Assembly (NCBI GenBank): GCA_963719235.1
Contig: CAVRBS010000013.1
Location: forward strand, 71,708 to 135,707
Length of the DNA: 64,000 nucleotides
Origin: an uncultured Bacteroidales bacterium
GTDB lineage: Bacteria > Bacteroidota > Bacteroidia > Bacteroidales > VadinHA17
Reading direction: 5' to 3'
How positions within the stretch are numbered: the first letter of the stretch is position 1; every line of letters starts with the position of its first letter. This document shows positions 47,311-59,590 of this stretch, in pieces. The position numbers and the translations under genes are program-made. The notes below the pieces were generated by a model that worked only from the letters and a program-made list of their open reading frames with translations, had not been told where the DNA came from and did no database searches.

Positions 47311-49789
47311 ATGATTTACCCCGACACATACGAGACAAAAATAGGATTTGACCGCATCAGGGAGTACCTGACGGCAAACTGCCTCAGCAGTGCAGGTATC
47401 CGCAGGGTGGAGGCAATGAAGGTTTCTTTCACAGGAGAGGAGGTAAGACAACGTACTTGCCCTTACTGAGGAGTTTCAGCAGATACTCAATAGCAGCGAG
47501 CAGTTCCCCTCAGATAACTATAACGATCCTCACTCCACGCTGGAGAAGCTGCGTATTGAAGGCTCCTTCCCTGAGCTCGAGGAGGTGGTGGCTCTCAGAC
47601 GGTCACTTGACACGATAAGGCGCATCATCGGGTTCTTTAAGAACAGGAAGGATGGCAAGTATCCACGATTGACAGCCATGGCAGGAGCAGTGGTTTACTA
47701 TCCATTTGTTAATGAAGCCATTGACCGCATAATAGACAAGGAGGGCAAGGTTCGCGACAACGCTTCACCGGCACTGAAGGTCATTCGTGCCGACCTGTCG
47801 GCAAAGAGCCTGTCGGCTGTGAAAAAGCTTCATTCCGTGATGCGCCAGGCGCAGGCTGACGGCATAGTGGACCGCGATGCAACAGTGGCAGTGCGCAACG
47901 GTCGCGGGGTGATACCTGTCAGCGCCTCCGACAAGCGGGGAATAAAAGGCTTTGTGCATGACGAATCTGCCACGGGTAAGACTGTCTTCATTGAGCCGGC
48001 GGAGGTGGTGGAGCTGAATAATGAGATCACGGAGCTGGAACACCAGGAGAAGAGGGAGATAGTACGCATACTGACCGCCCTGGCAGACAATATCAGACCT
48101 TATATAGATGACCTCTCCGACAACTTCGCCTTCCTGGCCGAAACAGACTTTATAAGGGCGAAGGCACTCTTCGGGGTGAGGCTGCAGAGCATAAAACCCC
48201 CAGTTGCCGATACGCCTCACATACGATGGGTCAATGCACGTCACCCTCTGCTCACTCTTTCTTTTGCACGCACCACAGGCAGGGAGGTGGTTCCCCTGAC
48301 GGTCAGGATAGACAGCCGGGACCGTATCCTGGTCATCTCGGGTCCGAATGCGGGAGGCAAGTCGGTTTGCCTCAAGACAGTGGCACTGGTACAGTACATG
48401 CTGCAATGCGGCATGACAGTCCCTGTGGATGAAGGCACTGAGACCGGCATCTTCGGCAAGTTCTTCATTGACATAGGCGATGAGCAGAGCATTGAGAACG
48501 ACCTCAGTACATACAGCTCCCACCTGATTAACATGAAGCAGATGCTGAGACATGCCGACGACAAATCGCTGGTGATGATAGATGAGTTCGGCACAGGCAC
48601 TGAGCCGGTCATAGGAGGAGCAATAGCGGAGGCTATCCTCGCTGAGCTGAACATAAGGAAGTGCTATGGGGTGATTACAACGCACTATACCAACCTCAAG
48701 CACTTTGCCACCTCGCAGGAGGGGATAAGCAACGGCGCAATGGCCTTCGATAACCAGCTCATGCAGCCGCTGTTTCGCCTCGATCAGGGCAAGCCGGGCA
48801 GCTCATTCGCCTTTGAGATAGCAAAGAAGATAGGCCTGCCGCAGGAGATACTCAATGATGCCGCAGCCAGGGCAGGAGAGGGCAATGTCGATTTTGACCG
48901 TAACCTCAGGGAGATAGCACGCGATAAACGGTACTGGGAACGAAAACGTGAGACCGTGCGTCATCATGAGAAGAGGCTCGAAGAGCTGATCACATCATAT
49001 GAGGCGCAACTGGGCAGCATAAAGACACAGCAGAAGGAAATAATCGGGCAGGCAAAGAATAAGGCGGAAGAGATGCTGCGCGAGACTAACAAGATGATAG
49101 AGAACACTATACGTACTATACGCGAGGCGCAGGCAGAGAAGGAGAAGACGAAGGAGGTACGTGAGGAGCTCGACACCTTCCGCGAACATCTGACGGCAGA
49201 GCAGAAGCATCCCGCAGTACCCTTGCCTTCTCCGCCACCGCTTAAGAGCAGCTCGGCAGGCATAGTGAAACGCATCAGCAAAAAGGCAGCGCCGGAGCCT
49301 GTGGTTAATAAGAAGACAGGGAAGGTGGCAGCGGGGGACTATGTGAAGATCACCGGCACTGACACGGTAGGTGAGGTGACAGAAGTTAAAGGCAAAAAAC
49401 TGCAGATCATCTCCAACAGCCTGAAGATGACTGTCGATATCGACAAAACCGAGCCTGTTGATGCTGCCGCATACCTGAAGGAGATGTCAAAGAACCGCCC
49501 GCAGCAGAAGATCGACTGGTCACTTAACACCAGGAGGAACCAGTTCAACTCAGAGATCGATGTCAGGGGAATGCGGACTGAGGAGGCTTTGCAGAAGGTG
49601 CAGGAGTTCATTGACACGGCACTCGTGATACAGTTCAGGCATCTGCGCATACTGCACGGCAAGGGTAATGGCATCCTGAGGCACATGATACGGCAGTACC
49701 TGGAATCCACCGGCGCCGTGAAGAGTGCAATAGACGAGCATGTTGAGCGCGGCGGCGCCGGCATCACAATCATCGAATTGGATATTTAA
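47311..49789 (+). CDS. mutS2: Endonuclease MutS2 (Smr domain; apparent frameshift near 47450)
   Basis: The N-terminus MIYPDTYETKIGFDRI lies in a separate frame. The body has GPNAGGKS (Walker A) and a C-terminal Smr domain (LRILHGKGNGILR). Confidence 0.9.
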
Positions 49790-49822
49790 TCACTTCACGA
49801 CAATCATGAATTAAACTTATAC

Positions 49823-50820
49823 ATGCTACAATCTCATGAAAAAAAATTACTCTATATGATGACGCTACTGTGCATTACAATCGCACTCAGCGCACAGACA
49901 AACGATTTCTATGACGATGCTCCGACAAACACCCTGAAGGGAAGCAAAAAAATCCTGGTGACAGGCGAGGTGGCGAAGGAGATGACCATCGACCTGAACA
50001 AACTGCCACTGCACAGCATAACGGTAAAAGAGACAACACTGACAGACGGCGCTGTAAGCTTCGTTGGAGCATACCGCTATGACGGATACTCCCTTTATGA
50101 TATCCTTGACAAAATTGTACTGAAGAAAAAGAACGAGGCTGAGTTTCCTCCTATAATTGACCTCTATGTTGAGGTGGCAAACGAAGCAGGCGAGAGCGTA
50201 ACTTTTTCATGGGGCGAGATCTATTATCCGGTGAATCGTCACCGCATACTTATTGCCACATCTGTTGCCCGCATTGTGCCATCGAAGAGCAAAGACCTCT
50301 GGCCTCTGCCACAGCAGACCAGGGTGGTTGCCGGCAACGACCTTATCACTGCAAGGAATATCAGCAATCCTGTGCGCATCACCGTCAGGTCGCTCGACAG
50401 CAAATACGAGATAAAGAAAAACATGAGTCCCATGTTCAGCAAGACCATGAGAATATGTGTCAACGGCAAACAAAGGAACAGTCTCACTGAGCCTGCCGGA
50501 GAAGAGCGGTGAAATGACCTACAGAACAGTCTTCTACGGTCGCGGGATGGGTATCCATGGCACTACACCCTTCACAGGAATAATGCTGTCGGATGTCCTG
50601 TCAGGATACTATACGCTCATCGCCTGAGGTTCTGCAGAAAGGCATTGCCGTCATTGCAGGTGTCGACGGCTATCGTGCTGCCTTCACTCTCAGCGAACTG
50701 GTTAACAGGAATGATCAGGAGGAGATGCTGGTAATCGACCGTAAAGATGAGCAAGGTTCAGGAAGGTTTTCGCTCTTTCCTGCAGCTGACTTTTTCTCTG
50801 ACCGGGCTATCAAGTCAGTC
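49823..50820 (+). CDS. Hypothetical secreted protein with two repeated domains (apparent frameshifts; the end is uncertain)
   Basis: A signal peptide followed by a first domain in 49823..50512. A similar second domain lies in other frames up to about 50850. Confidence 0.35.
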
Positions 50821-51769
50821 ATGGAGATAAACCTGTTGATACCTGTTGGCGGGTCGAAGTGGGCTATTGTGGTACACGGCGGCGCCGGCGTCATTACCCG
50901 TGACCGCATGACACCTGAGACTCGAGGCAGAATACCGAAGGATGATAAAGGCAGTGACAGATACCGGCGCCGCTATCCTCGCCCGCGGCGGTACGGCCCT
51001 CGATGCCGTTGAGCGCACAATAAGGGTTATGGAAGACTCTCCCATGTTCAATGCCGGCAAGGGTGCGGTGTTCACTCATGAAGGCATTAATGAGCTCGAC
51101 GCAGCGATAATGGACGGCAGCGACCTCTCGGCAGGCGCTGTTGCGGGAGTTACTGACATACGTAATCCCATCTCCGCAGCAAGGAAGGTCATGGATGCAT
51201 CTCCGCATGTGATGCTCTCAGGCAAGGGAGCCTCGGAATTTGCCGCCGGGCAGGGACTGGAGATCGTCGATCCGTCATACTTCTACACAGAGAGACGGTA
51301 TCAGGACCTGCAGAGAGCTCTTGAGGACGAGAAGCACGGAACAGTAGGGTGCGTTGCACTGGACATGAACGGCGACCTCGCTGCCGGCACATCGACAGGA
51401 GGGATGACCAACAAACGCTACAACCGGATAGGCGACACTCCTGTGATAGGCGCAGGGAACTACGCCAACAATGCAACGTGTGCAGTATCGGCCACGGGTC
51501 ACGGAGAGTTTTTTATCCGTTTTACCGTCGGCCATGATATCTCAGCACTGATGGAATACAAGGGACTGACAGTTGATTCGGCATCAAGGCTGGTGATAAA
51601 GGAGAAGCTTGTGAGGGCAGGAGGCACCGGAGGTGTTATTGCCCTTGACCGGGCCGGCAATATTTCCATGCCTTTTAATACCGAAGGCATGTATCGCGGA
51701 TACCGCACCTCTGACGGATTTGCGGGGGTGTATATTTTTTCTGACGAACCCGATAAATTAATCAGATAA
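50821..51769 (+). CDS. Isoaspartyl peptidase / L-asparaginase (Ntn hydrolase; apparent frameshift near 50935)
   Basis: Contains WAIVVHGGAG, FNAGKGAVFT and the autoprocessing site GTVGCVALD. Confidence 0.8.
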
Positions 51770-51833
51770 AACACGTAGAAACGCGCGCCCAATCTCTGGG
51801 CGCCGCGTCTTCTACTAATATAATCTGCGTCGT

Positions 51834-52916
51834 TTAATAAAGCCGTACTGATCCGTAAGAAGCAGAAATCGTCACATCACTCGTGGGGTTGCTGCACTTG
51901 CCTACCTTTCCCTCAAGCTCAGTGGAGGTGTTGCCAACGATACGCCTGTCAGGTGAGAAATTGGCATCATCAATTTTTACGCTTCCATAAGAGCTGTTTG
52001 CTTTAAGGTTGTAGCAGGCCGCCGGATCTATACCAAGCTTCACTGAGCAGTAACCGGCCTTGACATTAATCCCGCTAAATCCTGCAGGGATCTTATCAAC
52101 CGAAAGATTTCCGTATTTTGTCTCAACCTCAAGCTTCTTGTTCACCGTTCCAATACCGATATCGGTGTACCCGGCCATGATAATGACATTGTTTGAGGCT
52201 GTGACTTTATAACCGTCATACTTGGCGTCAGCCACCAAAGAGCTTACCTCACCTATTGAAACCTTTGAATACCTGCTGTCAACCAGCAGGGCGGTGGCTC
52301 TGTCAATACTGAACTGTCCGCAGTAGCGTGCGTTGATCTCAGCCCATCCAAGCTCATCAACGGTTGCTTTGCCATAGGCTACCACCAGGCTGTTCAACGG
52401 CTTGACATTGCCCCTGGTCAGTTTATGAACAGTCAGATCGCCGTATTTGACTGTCAGGTTCGTCAGGCCTGATACCTCATCTACGACCGTATTGCCATAC
52501 TTGTTTGTAACATCAAGGTTGACGTATGCCGGCATTTTGACGTTATAGTTGATACTGAACGTATTGGTACCGCCTTTCCAGTTTATTGAGGAGAACTCAT
52601 CATTGAATACTGTCTCAGCCGTCAGGTTGCCGCCTGTCTCGGTGAATTTTACAGTAATCATATCCAGGAGCTTGTTAGCCTTCTCGGCTGACGAGTGCTC
52701 AACCTTGACGGTTACATCAATGACGATGTTTTTCTGGTCCCAGGTCTCTGTGACCACCGATCCAAACTTATTGATAACTGTGAGAGTGGTATTATCGGTT
52801 GGTACCATCTCCCTGTGAAAGTCTTTCTTTACCTCTACTGCCGAGGCTGAAAGGGTCACTGCGCAGAGTAACACTGCGAAGGTGACTGCCCTCTGGTTAA
52901 ATTGTAACTTTTTCAT
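51834..52916 (-). CDS. DUF4097-like putative adhesin beta-helix protein
   Basis: 360 aa with a signal peptide and repeated ...YGSV.../...GD(L/I)TV... strands. Confidence 0.5.
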   Translation of the reverse strand: MKKLQFNQRAVTFAVLLCAVTLSASAVEVKKDFHREMVPTDNTTLTVINKFGSVVTETWDQKNIVIDVTVKVEHSSAEKANKLLDMITVKFTETGGNLTAETVFNDEFSSINWKGGTNTFSINYNVKMPAYVNLDVTNKYGNTVVDEVSGLTNLTVKYGDLTVHKLTRGNVKPLNSLVVAYGKATVDELGWAEINARYCGQFSIDRATALLVDSRYSKVSIGEVSSLVADAKYDGYKVTASNNVIIMAGYTDIGIGTVNKKLEVETKYGNLSVDKIPAGFSGINVKAGYCSVKLGIDPAACYNLKANSSYGSVKIDDANFSPDRRIVGNTSTELEGKVGKCSNPTSDVTISASYGSVRLY

Positions 52917-53461
52917 GGCTGCTTGGATTTTCGGTTTCTGCTTTTATCTGTCTGAGCTGTTCAAGTAGATAGCTCATCACTTCAATTTTTTGCTGGTAAT
53001 GTTTGATCATCGCATCAATGATGCGCTGGTCGCTCGGGTTTGCCTTAAGTTCTTTCTGGAGTTCTACATAGACTGAATCCATACTTGTGAGCTCCTTCAT
53101 CATCATCTCCTTCTGGTCGGGGTTACTTAAATCGATGGATGGTGAACTCATTCTGCATGAATTTAACCTGACTGACGTAATAAGTCTCAACCTCGCGATA
53201 TTCGGGAGACACCTGGCTGAGGGTCATTGTCTTTCTCAGGTTCGGCTTGATAAAGTGGTCAAATGACCACAGTGATGAGAGGGTCACCAGAAGGGTCACC
53301 ACGGCGGCCTTGAGCAGGTACGGAAGAATGCTCCGTTTGGCTTTTCCTGTATGCAGCCGTGTTGCCAGCTTAAAACTGAACCTCTCGAAATGACCGTCTG
53401 ACGGCTCCCTGTCGTCAAACTCACCTCTTCCTTTTTTGATTATCTCTTCCAGTGTATTCAT
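52897..53461 (-). CDS. Putative anti-sigma factor (apparent frameshift near 53150)
   Basis: A single transmembrane helix protein overlapping the upstream ECF sigma gene stop. It is split over ORFs 53123..53461 and 52897..53190. Confidence 0.4.
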
Positions 53462-54078
53462 AATAAATAATTTTTACTGTTTTTTAATTCACCCACCAGC
53501 TTCTGCTTTGCCCTCGAGAGTTGTGATCTTGAGGTGCTGCTTGAGATGTTGAGCATCTCTGCAATCTCATCGTGGTCATAGCCTTCGATGAGGTAGAGAG
53601 AGAGTATCACCCGGTATCCTTCAGGCAGCCGTTCTATCGCTGCCTTCACTTCCTCAACCTTAGCTTCCACATCTTCATGATAAGCAGCATCTTCATTGCT
53701 GTCGTCGCGGAGGCCGGTGTGACTTTCAATATCTTCAAAGATCGCTTTTCTCTTCCCCAGGACGTCGAGTGATCTGTTTACCACTATCTTCTTCAGCCAT
53801 GCGCCGAAGCTGACGGTACCCGAGTAGGTGTTTATCTTCTCGAATGCTGAGAGGAATGCTTCCTGCATCACATCTTCAGCTTCCATGTTGTCGTTCACAA
53901 TACGCAGGCTCGTGTTATACATAGCCTTGTAGTAAAGCTTGTAAACCTGGAACTGAGCCTTCTGGTCTCCGTCACGACAACCGTCGATCAGGTCCTGGTG
54001 TATGTTCCTGAATGCTGCTTCAACATTTTCCATCTTTCTTTCAAGATCTGATTTGTATATGTTAGTCGCTGCACCCAC
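53458..54078 (-). CDS. ECF-type RNA polymerase sigma-70 factor
   Basis: Region 2 reads DVMQEAFLSAF. Region 4 reads YRVILSLYLIEGYDHDEIAEMLNISSSTSRSQLSRA. Confidence 0.85.
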   Translation of the reverse strand: MGAATNIYKSDLERKMENVEAAFRNIHQDLIDGCRDGDQKAQFQVYKLYYKAMYNTSLRIVNDNMEAEDVMQEAFLSAFEKINTYSGTVSFGAWLKKIVVNRSLDVLGKRKAIFEDIESHTGLRDDSNEDAAYHEDVEAKVEEVKAAIERLPEGYRVILSLYLIEGYDHDEIAEMLNISSSTSRSQLSRAKQKLVGELKNSKNYLL

Positions 54079-54168
54079 GTACTTGAACTATTCATAGCAA
54101 TGACGAATGTAATGCGCGAATGCTGCATCCAAGGTAAAAAAAAGCTGTCAGAGGATAAAAAAAAGTTT

Positions 54169-54975
54169 TCAGCCCTGTGTCACCGCTCCGGTTGCATAGT
54201 CAAGCTCTGAACCAAAGAGACTGTGAGGGATGGAATAAACCAGCAGGAGAAGGATAGCTGCAGCAATGGTGTAAGCCGGACGGTCCTTTTTGCGGTTCAT
54301 TACAACAGCCAGGATCCAGGCGAAAACTGCAATAAGTGTCTTATTGTCAGTAAGATCCCATCCAAAAGGTATTCCGGTCCACAGGTCGCCGAAGGCATAC
54401 TTCTGCACAACCGGCCCGAGGATCATTCCGCCGGCAAGCAGCAGCCACAGCGCCCACCTTCCGTATTTCTTCTGCTCAGTCCTGCCAAAGGCCGCCGTGA
54501 GACCCGCCAGGTTAGACAAAAGCATGGCAAAGAACATGATGAGAATATGGGGTATCATCACTGCTGCCGGTACATTGCCCTTGAACCGTATCACGACCGG
54601 TTCATCCTTTCTGATGACGATTTCACTGCCTGAGGGTGGCGTGAGAATGATGTAGTATTCAAGTTTTCCGGCAGCAGGCTGGGAGGGGAGCTCGCCGGCA
54701 AGACGACTCCCGTCATGGTTCATGGTCACGGAAACCCACTCTTCTTCCGTACGGAATTTCCTGTAGAATATCTTCCCGGTAATGTTAACCGGGGCCTCCA
54801 ATCCGATGGTGCAAGGGTGGGTGTTCGTCTGGCTCCTCTTCAGACTTAAATCATATTCTGAGCCCTCAATTGTCACCGGTACTCTTTCAGGATATGTCGG
54901 GCCCGTCATTCTCTGATACATTGCTGCCGCAACCGTTATCAAAGCGGCTATCACCCAGAGGAGGATCTTTTTCAT
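54169..54975 (-). CDS. Hypothetical membrane protein
   Basis: 268 aa with an N-terminal transmembrane helix, an extracytoplasmic domain and four C-terminal transmembrane helices. Confidence 0.45.
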   Translation of the reverse strand: MKKILLWVIAALITVAAAMYQRMTGPTYPERVPVTIEGSEYDLSLKRSQTNTHPCTIGLEAPVNITGKIFYRKFRTEEEWVSVTMNHDGSRLAGELPSQPAAGKLEYYIILTPPSGSEIVIRKDEPVVIRFKGNVPAAVMIPHILIMFFAMLLSNLAGLTAAFGRTEQKKYGRWALWLLLAGGMILGPVVQKYAFGDLWTGIPFGWDLTDNKTLIAVFAWILAVVMNRKKDRPAYTIAAAILLLLVYSIPHSLFGSELDYATGAVTQG

Positions 54976-54997
54976 GTCTGCTGAAAGGTTTGTGGTT

Positions 54998-56770
54998 CTA
55001 CAATTGAATAAGCAGGAGCTCGCGTTTACCGTTGCGCATCACCTCTACAGTGACCATCTGTCCCGGCTTGAGCTGGCTTAGTCTGAACATATAATCTTCG
55101 ATATTGTTCACAGGTTTATTATCAATAGCCACGATGACATCTCCTTTCACCATTCCACCTATTGCAGCGGGCTTGCCGGGTGTGACAAAGTCAGCTCTGA
55201 GTCCGTTTTTTACATTTCCTGCAAAGTCAGGCATTATTCCGAGCGTTACTCCACGGCGTCTTCCCATACCCTGGGCCGGGGCCATCGGTCCTGCTTCCCT
55301 GAAAGCCAGTCTCGCAGTGTCATTGGCTGCAGCGGTTACAATCTCGTACATGAGGTTGCCTATCCTGACCATACCTGCATAGTTCAGCTTATCAAAAGTG
55401 TCGAAAGGGGTGTGGTAGTCAAAATGCGGACCGGTGGTGATAAAAAGAACAGGAATATTCTTTCCGTAGAATGAAGAATGATCCGACGGACCGTATCCCT
55501 CATCCGTGAAGCTCAGGCTGAGCAAGGTTGTGTCGTTAAATGAAAGCACCGTGTCACGCAGTCCTGCTGCAGTGCCAACACCGCCCACCTGCACTCCGTT
55601 CCCCTCTTTCATCCTCCCCACCATATCGAGGTTCACCATCAGGTTGACAGCCGATGGGCTGATACCCATATTTTCAACAAAGTACTTCGATCCGAGCAAT
55701 CCCATCTCCTCGCCTGTGAAAGCGACAAACATAATGCTTCGTGCATGTTTCCCCTTGTCTGAAGCAAGCTTCTCGGCAAGCTCTATCATCAGGGCCACAC
55801 CTGAGGCATTGTCATCAGCACCGGAATGTATGGCTACGGTATCCTGTATCCTGCTTGATGAACCTGGTCCACCCATGCCGAGGTGATCAAAATGAGCGCC
55901 GACAATTACATATTCATCTTTCAGTTTTGCACCTTCAATGACCATCACCACATTGGCAGTGCCGGCATCCTTGGCCACCACCTCAGCCTCACCGTCGGCC
56001 GTTGAGGCAGTCATGAAACTGCCAGGCCTGAGACTGGTGTTGGCTGTCTTTTCAAGCTCTTTCAGACTTTTTCCGGAAGTCTTCAGGATGGTATCGGCGA
56101 CAGCTCTTTTAATATGCATCACCGGAATTCCTGCGCTGCTTTCACTTCGCGCCGGCTTGTCAAGATTATCGGCTGCGTCCCATTCCTCACCGGAAACGAG
56201 CAGCACACCGGCGGCTCCGTTTTCCCTTGCTGACATGACTTTCATCCGGTCAGACGACAGGGTGCTGTAGGCTGAAGCGGAAGCATTGGATTCAGGGTAT
56301 CCCCGTAACATAAGTACCCATTTGCCATTGAGATCCAAGCCCTGGTAATCATTCCATTGCATTGAATCGTTTGCTGCCATGAAGCCGTAACCGCAGAAGG
56401 CTACCTCTGCATTGAGAGCGCTGTTGGCCGTCAGGGCAAGCGGAACGAAGTCGGTCCCGGGAACCAGTGCTTGTCCGTTTATCATAAGCCTGTTCGCTTT
56501 ACCGGCCTCAACAGACACATTTACGCTGAACCGTTGCAGGCCGTCACCGGTAAAAGGGTCCAGGTTTGCTTTTCTGAACTCCCTCATAATATAGGCTGCA
56601 GCCAGCGTATCGTTGCCTGTGCCTGTTCCTCTTCCTGCAAAATCGTCATCAGTCAGGCGAGAAGTGATATCCACCAACTCATCAGAAGTGATTTTTGAGC
56701 TGTTGCGTGTGCCTGCACATGAAGAAAGAAGAAGCGTAATGGCTGCACTTGCAATTAAGATATATCTCAT
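54998..56770 (-). CDS. M28 family peptidase with a C-terminal PDZ domain (lipoprotein)
   Basis: Start taken at MRYILIASAAITLLLSSC. Contains HFDHLG, GADDNASG and a PDZ-like C-terminus (GDVIVAIDNKPV). Confidence 0.8.
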   Translation of the reverse strand: MRYILIASAAITLLLSSCAGTRNSSKITSDELVDITSRLTDDDFAGRGTGTGNDTLAAAYIMREFRKANLDPFTGDGLQRFSVNVSVEAGKANRLMINGQALVPGTDFVPLALTANSALNAEVAFCGYGFMAANDSMQWNDYQGLDLNGKWVLMLRGYPESNASASAYSTLSSDRMKVMSARENGAAGVLLVSGEEWDAADNLDKPARSESSAGIPVMHIKRAVADTILKTSGKSLKELEKTANTSLRPGSFMTASTADGEAEVVAKDAGTANVVMVIEGAKLKDEYVIVGAHFDHLGMGGPGSSSRIQDTVAIHSGADDNASGVALMIELAEKLASDKGKHARSIMFVAFTGEEMGLLGSKYFVENMGISPSAVNLMVNLDMVGRMKEGNGVQVGGVGTAAGLRDTVLSFNDTTLLSLSFTDEGYGPSDHSSFYGKNIPVLFITTGPHFDYHTPFDTFDKLNYAGMVRIGNLMYEIVTAAANDTARLAFREAGPMAPAQGMGRRRGVTLGIMPDFAGNVKNGLRADFVTPGKPAAIGGMVKGDVIVAIDNKPVNNIEDYMFRLSQLKPGQMVTVEVMRNGKRELLLIQL

Positions 56771-56777
56771 ACTGGAT

Positions 56778-57990
56778 TTACTCAAACTGGTTAATAGCCT
56801 TTTTAATAATTGAAATGGCATCGCGGAGCTGATCTTCCGTTATGACAAGCGGAGGTGCAAACCTGATTATATGTCCGTGGGTGGGCTTGGCCAGCACGCC
56901 AAGCTCCATCATTGCCAGGCATACATCCCATGCTTCCTTCCCGTTCTTCGGCCTTATGACGATGGCATTGAGGAGGCCTTTGCCCCTTACAAGCTCGATC
57001 ATATCCGACTTAGTTGCCCTCATTTCTTCGCGGAATATCTTTCCGAGATACTCAGCTTTCTCAGCCAGTTTCTCTTCCCTGATCACCTCGAGCGCTGCCA
57101 TTGCGACTTTGCCTGCCAGCGCATTGCCGCCGAAGGTCGATCCGTGTTCGCCGGGTTTAATGGTAAGCATGATACTGTCATCTGCCAGTACCGCAGAGAC
57201 AGGCATCGCACCGCCTGACAGTGCCTTGCCGAGTATCAGGATATCCGGCCTGACTCCCTCGTGGTCGCAGGCCAGCAGCTTACCGGTCCGGGCAATACCT
57301 GTCTGCACCTCATCGGCAATAAAGAGAACATTTTTCTTCCTGCAGAGGTCGTAAGGCCTTTTTGATATATCCTTCATCAGGCACGAAGACACCGGCTTCA
57401 CCCTGTATAGGCTCAACAAGGAAACCGGCGACATCAGGATCATTCAGAGCCTCTCCAAGAGCATGAAGGTCATTGTAGGGGATCGTAATAAATCCCGGTG
57501 TGAACGGGCCGTAATCCTTCCTTGCATCAGGGTCTGTAGACATGGAGACAACGGTTATGGTGCGTCCGTGAAAGTTACCTTCACAGACAATGATCTTGGC
57601 CCGGTTCTCCTTAATACCCTTAACAAGATAAGCCCATTTGCGGCACAGCTTCAGTGCAGTCTCGTCAGCTTCGGCCCCGGTGTTCATAGGCAGCACCTTG
57701 TCATACCCGAAGTACTTTGTAACATATTCTTCGTACTCACCAAGAACTGAATTGAAAAATGCCCGTGAAGTAAGGGTTAGTTTCTGAGCCTGTTCAATCA
57801 GGGCAGCGGTAATCTTTGGATGACAATGTCCCTGGTTCACGGCCGAATATGCCGAAAGAAAATCATAGTAGCGCTTTCCCTCCACATCCCATACAAACGG
57901 CCCCAGGCCTCTTTCAAGAACAACCGGAAGCGGGTGGTAATTATGGGCTCCGAACTTTTCTTCTCTCTCAATATAATCATGAGGTTTCAT
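56778..57990 (-). CDS. rocD: Ornithine aminotransferase (apparent frameshift near 57350)
   Basis: The N-terminus reads [24 protein letters not shown]. The motif [14 protein letters not shown] lies in the second frame. The junction coincides with an A5 run. Confidence 0.85.
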
Positions 57991-58069
57991 ACGTGATATT
58001 ATTATGTTATTATGTCTTTTAAGGGAAGGCAATTTTACGAACCTTTTTCGACAAAAAGAAACTAAAGGA

Positions 58070-58753
58070 TCATGATTCTCCCTTAAGTAGGTCAGGTCTC
58101 TTTTTTTCTGTGCTGCGGAGCGATTGTTCGAAACGCCATTTTTCTATTTCAGGAGTGTTGCCGCCAATCAGAATATCCGGCACCTTCCAGCCCATGAAGT
58201 CAGCCGGCCTGGTGTATACAGGAGGGGCAATTAGATTATCCTGGAAGGAGTCTGACAGTGCGGACTCAGAATCTGAAATTGCCCCGGGAAGAAGCCTCAC
58301 AATGGCATCGGTTATCACTGCTGCCGGCAGCTCCCCGCCTGAAAGGACATAATCACCAATAGATATTTCCATGGTGACAAGATGATCCCTGATGCGCTGA
58401 TCGACACCCTTGTAATGCCCCGCCAGAATGATGATATTTCTTTTCATCGAAAGCTCATTTGCAATATGCTGGCTGAAAGGGATACCGTCGGGTGAGGTGT
58501 AAATAACCTCATCATAGTCACGCTGGGCTGACAGCTGAGTGATGCAGTTGTAAACAGGCTCGATCATCATTACCATTCCGGCGCCACCTCCAAAGGGGTA
58601 GTCATCAACGTTCCTGTGTCTGTCAGTTGAATAATCGCGCAGGTTAATGATGTTGATCTCAGCCACACCTTTTGCTCTTGCTCTTTTGATTATTGATTCG
58701 TCAAAAGGGCTTCTCAGAAGCTCGGGCAATACTGTAATTATATCTATCCGCAT
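58070..58753 (-). CDS. trmD: tRNA (guanine37-N1)-methyltransferase
   Basis: 227 aa with [11 protein letters not shown] and the GGELPA motif. Confidence 0.95.
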   Translation of the reverse strand: MRIDIITVLPELLRSPFDESIIKRARAKGVAEINIINLRDYSTDRHRNVDDYPFGGGAGMVMMIEPVYNCITQLSAQRDYDEVIYTSPDGIPFSQHIANELSMKRNIIILAGHYKGVDQRIRDHLVTMEISIGDYVLSGGELPAAVITDAIVRLLPGAISDSESALSDSFQDNLIAPPVYTRPADFMGWKVPDILIGGNTPEIEKWRFEQSLRSTEKKRPDLLKGES

Positions 58754-58841
58754 AAAAAACTCAATCGGTAAATCTAATAAAGTTTTTTTTGTATTTTTGA
58801 GAGTATTAAAGTCAAATTAATCTTTATTAAAATCAGAGCAC

Positions 58842-59175
58842 ATGGGAAAATTTGTAATCTCGAAGAGAAAGAACGGTGAATTCCAGTTCAACCTGCTTGC
58901 CGGCAATGGTGAAATAATCCTTACAAGTGAAGGTTATGCATCAAAGCCATCATGCCTGAACGGTGTCAAGTCAGTAATGAAAAATGCAGCTGATGTCAAG
59001 AGGTTTGAACCGAAGGTAGCAAAGAACGGTAAATTTCATTTTAACCTCAAAGCCACAAACGGACAGGTAATAGGTTCAAGTGAAATGTACGAATTCACAG
59101 AGCACCTGCGAAAACGGTATCACATCGGTAAAGAAAAATGTCGTTGGCGCTAAAGTCGAGGATAAGGCCATTTAA
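58842..59175 (+). CDS. YegP (DUF1508) family protein (apparent frameshift near 59095)
   Basis: Two DUF1508 repeats (GEFQFNLLAGNGEIILTSEGY and GKFHFNLKATNGQVIGSSEMY). The expected C-terminus NGITSVKKNVVGAKVEDKAI lies in the next frame. Confidence 0.7.
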
Positions 59176-59232
59176 TAAATCTTCTGATATTTAATAACCC
59201 TGCCTTTATATGACAGGGTATAATATGCCGGG

Positions 59233-59481
59233 TTGAGAGCAATGGAGTGCAGAAGCGGTTGCGGAGCATGTTGCATTGCTCCCTCGATATCATCACCTGT
59301 TCCGGGTATGCCGGATGGTAAACCTGCAGGGGTGAGGTGCTTGCATCTCACCCCTGATTACAGGTGCGATCTGTGGGGCAATCCTGACCGACCTGAGGTC
59401 TGCTCAGCATTCAGGGCTGAACCGGATTTCTGCGGCAATGACCGGAATGAGGCTATGTCGATACTGACCTCCCTTATCTGA
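59233..59481 (+). CDS. YkgJ-like cysteine-cluster protein
   Basis: 82 aa with a CRSGCGACC cluster plus later Cys residues. Confidence 0.55.
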   Translation: MRAMECRSGCGACCIAPSISSPVPGMPDGKPAGVRCLHLTPDYRCDLWGNPDRPEVCSAFRAEPDFCGNDRNEAMSILTSLI

Positions 59482-59590
59482 TCTTTTTATGAGATGTCAC
59501 TAAATTTCCGATTGCAGGTATAGAATGTGAAAAATGACATTACTTTAGTTCCCTGTTAACCTGTGAAGTTAAACTCCAATAACTGAAACC

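Noticed and set aside
47765-48703. Long antisense ORFs inside conserved genes (47765..48703 opposite mutS2, 39570..40046 opposite recQ, 42488..43012 opposite the RlmI-like gene, 49339..49773 and others)
   Set aside because: The sense-strand genes have clear family motifs. The antisense ORFs have no recognisable features and are the usual by-product of GC-rich codon usage.
50593-51012. ORF 50593..51012 as a fusion of the upstream hypothetical protein with the asparaginase N-terminus
   Set aside because: It is more simply explained by two adjacent genes plus indel errors. The asparaginase-like sequence starts near 50821 (MEINLLIPVGGSKWAIVVHGGAG) and continues in ORF 50942..51769.
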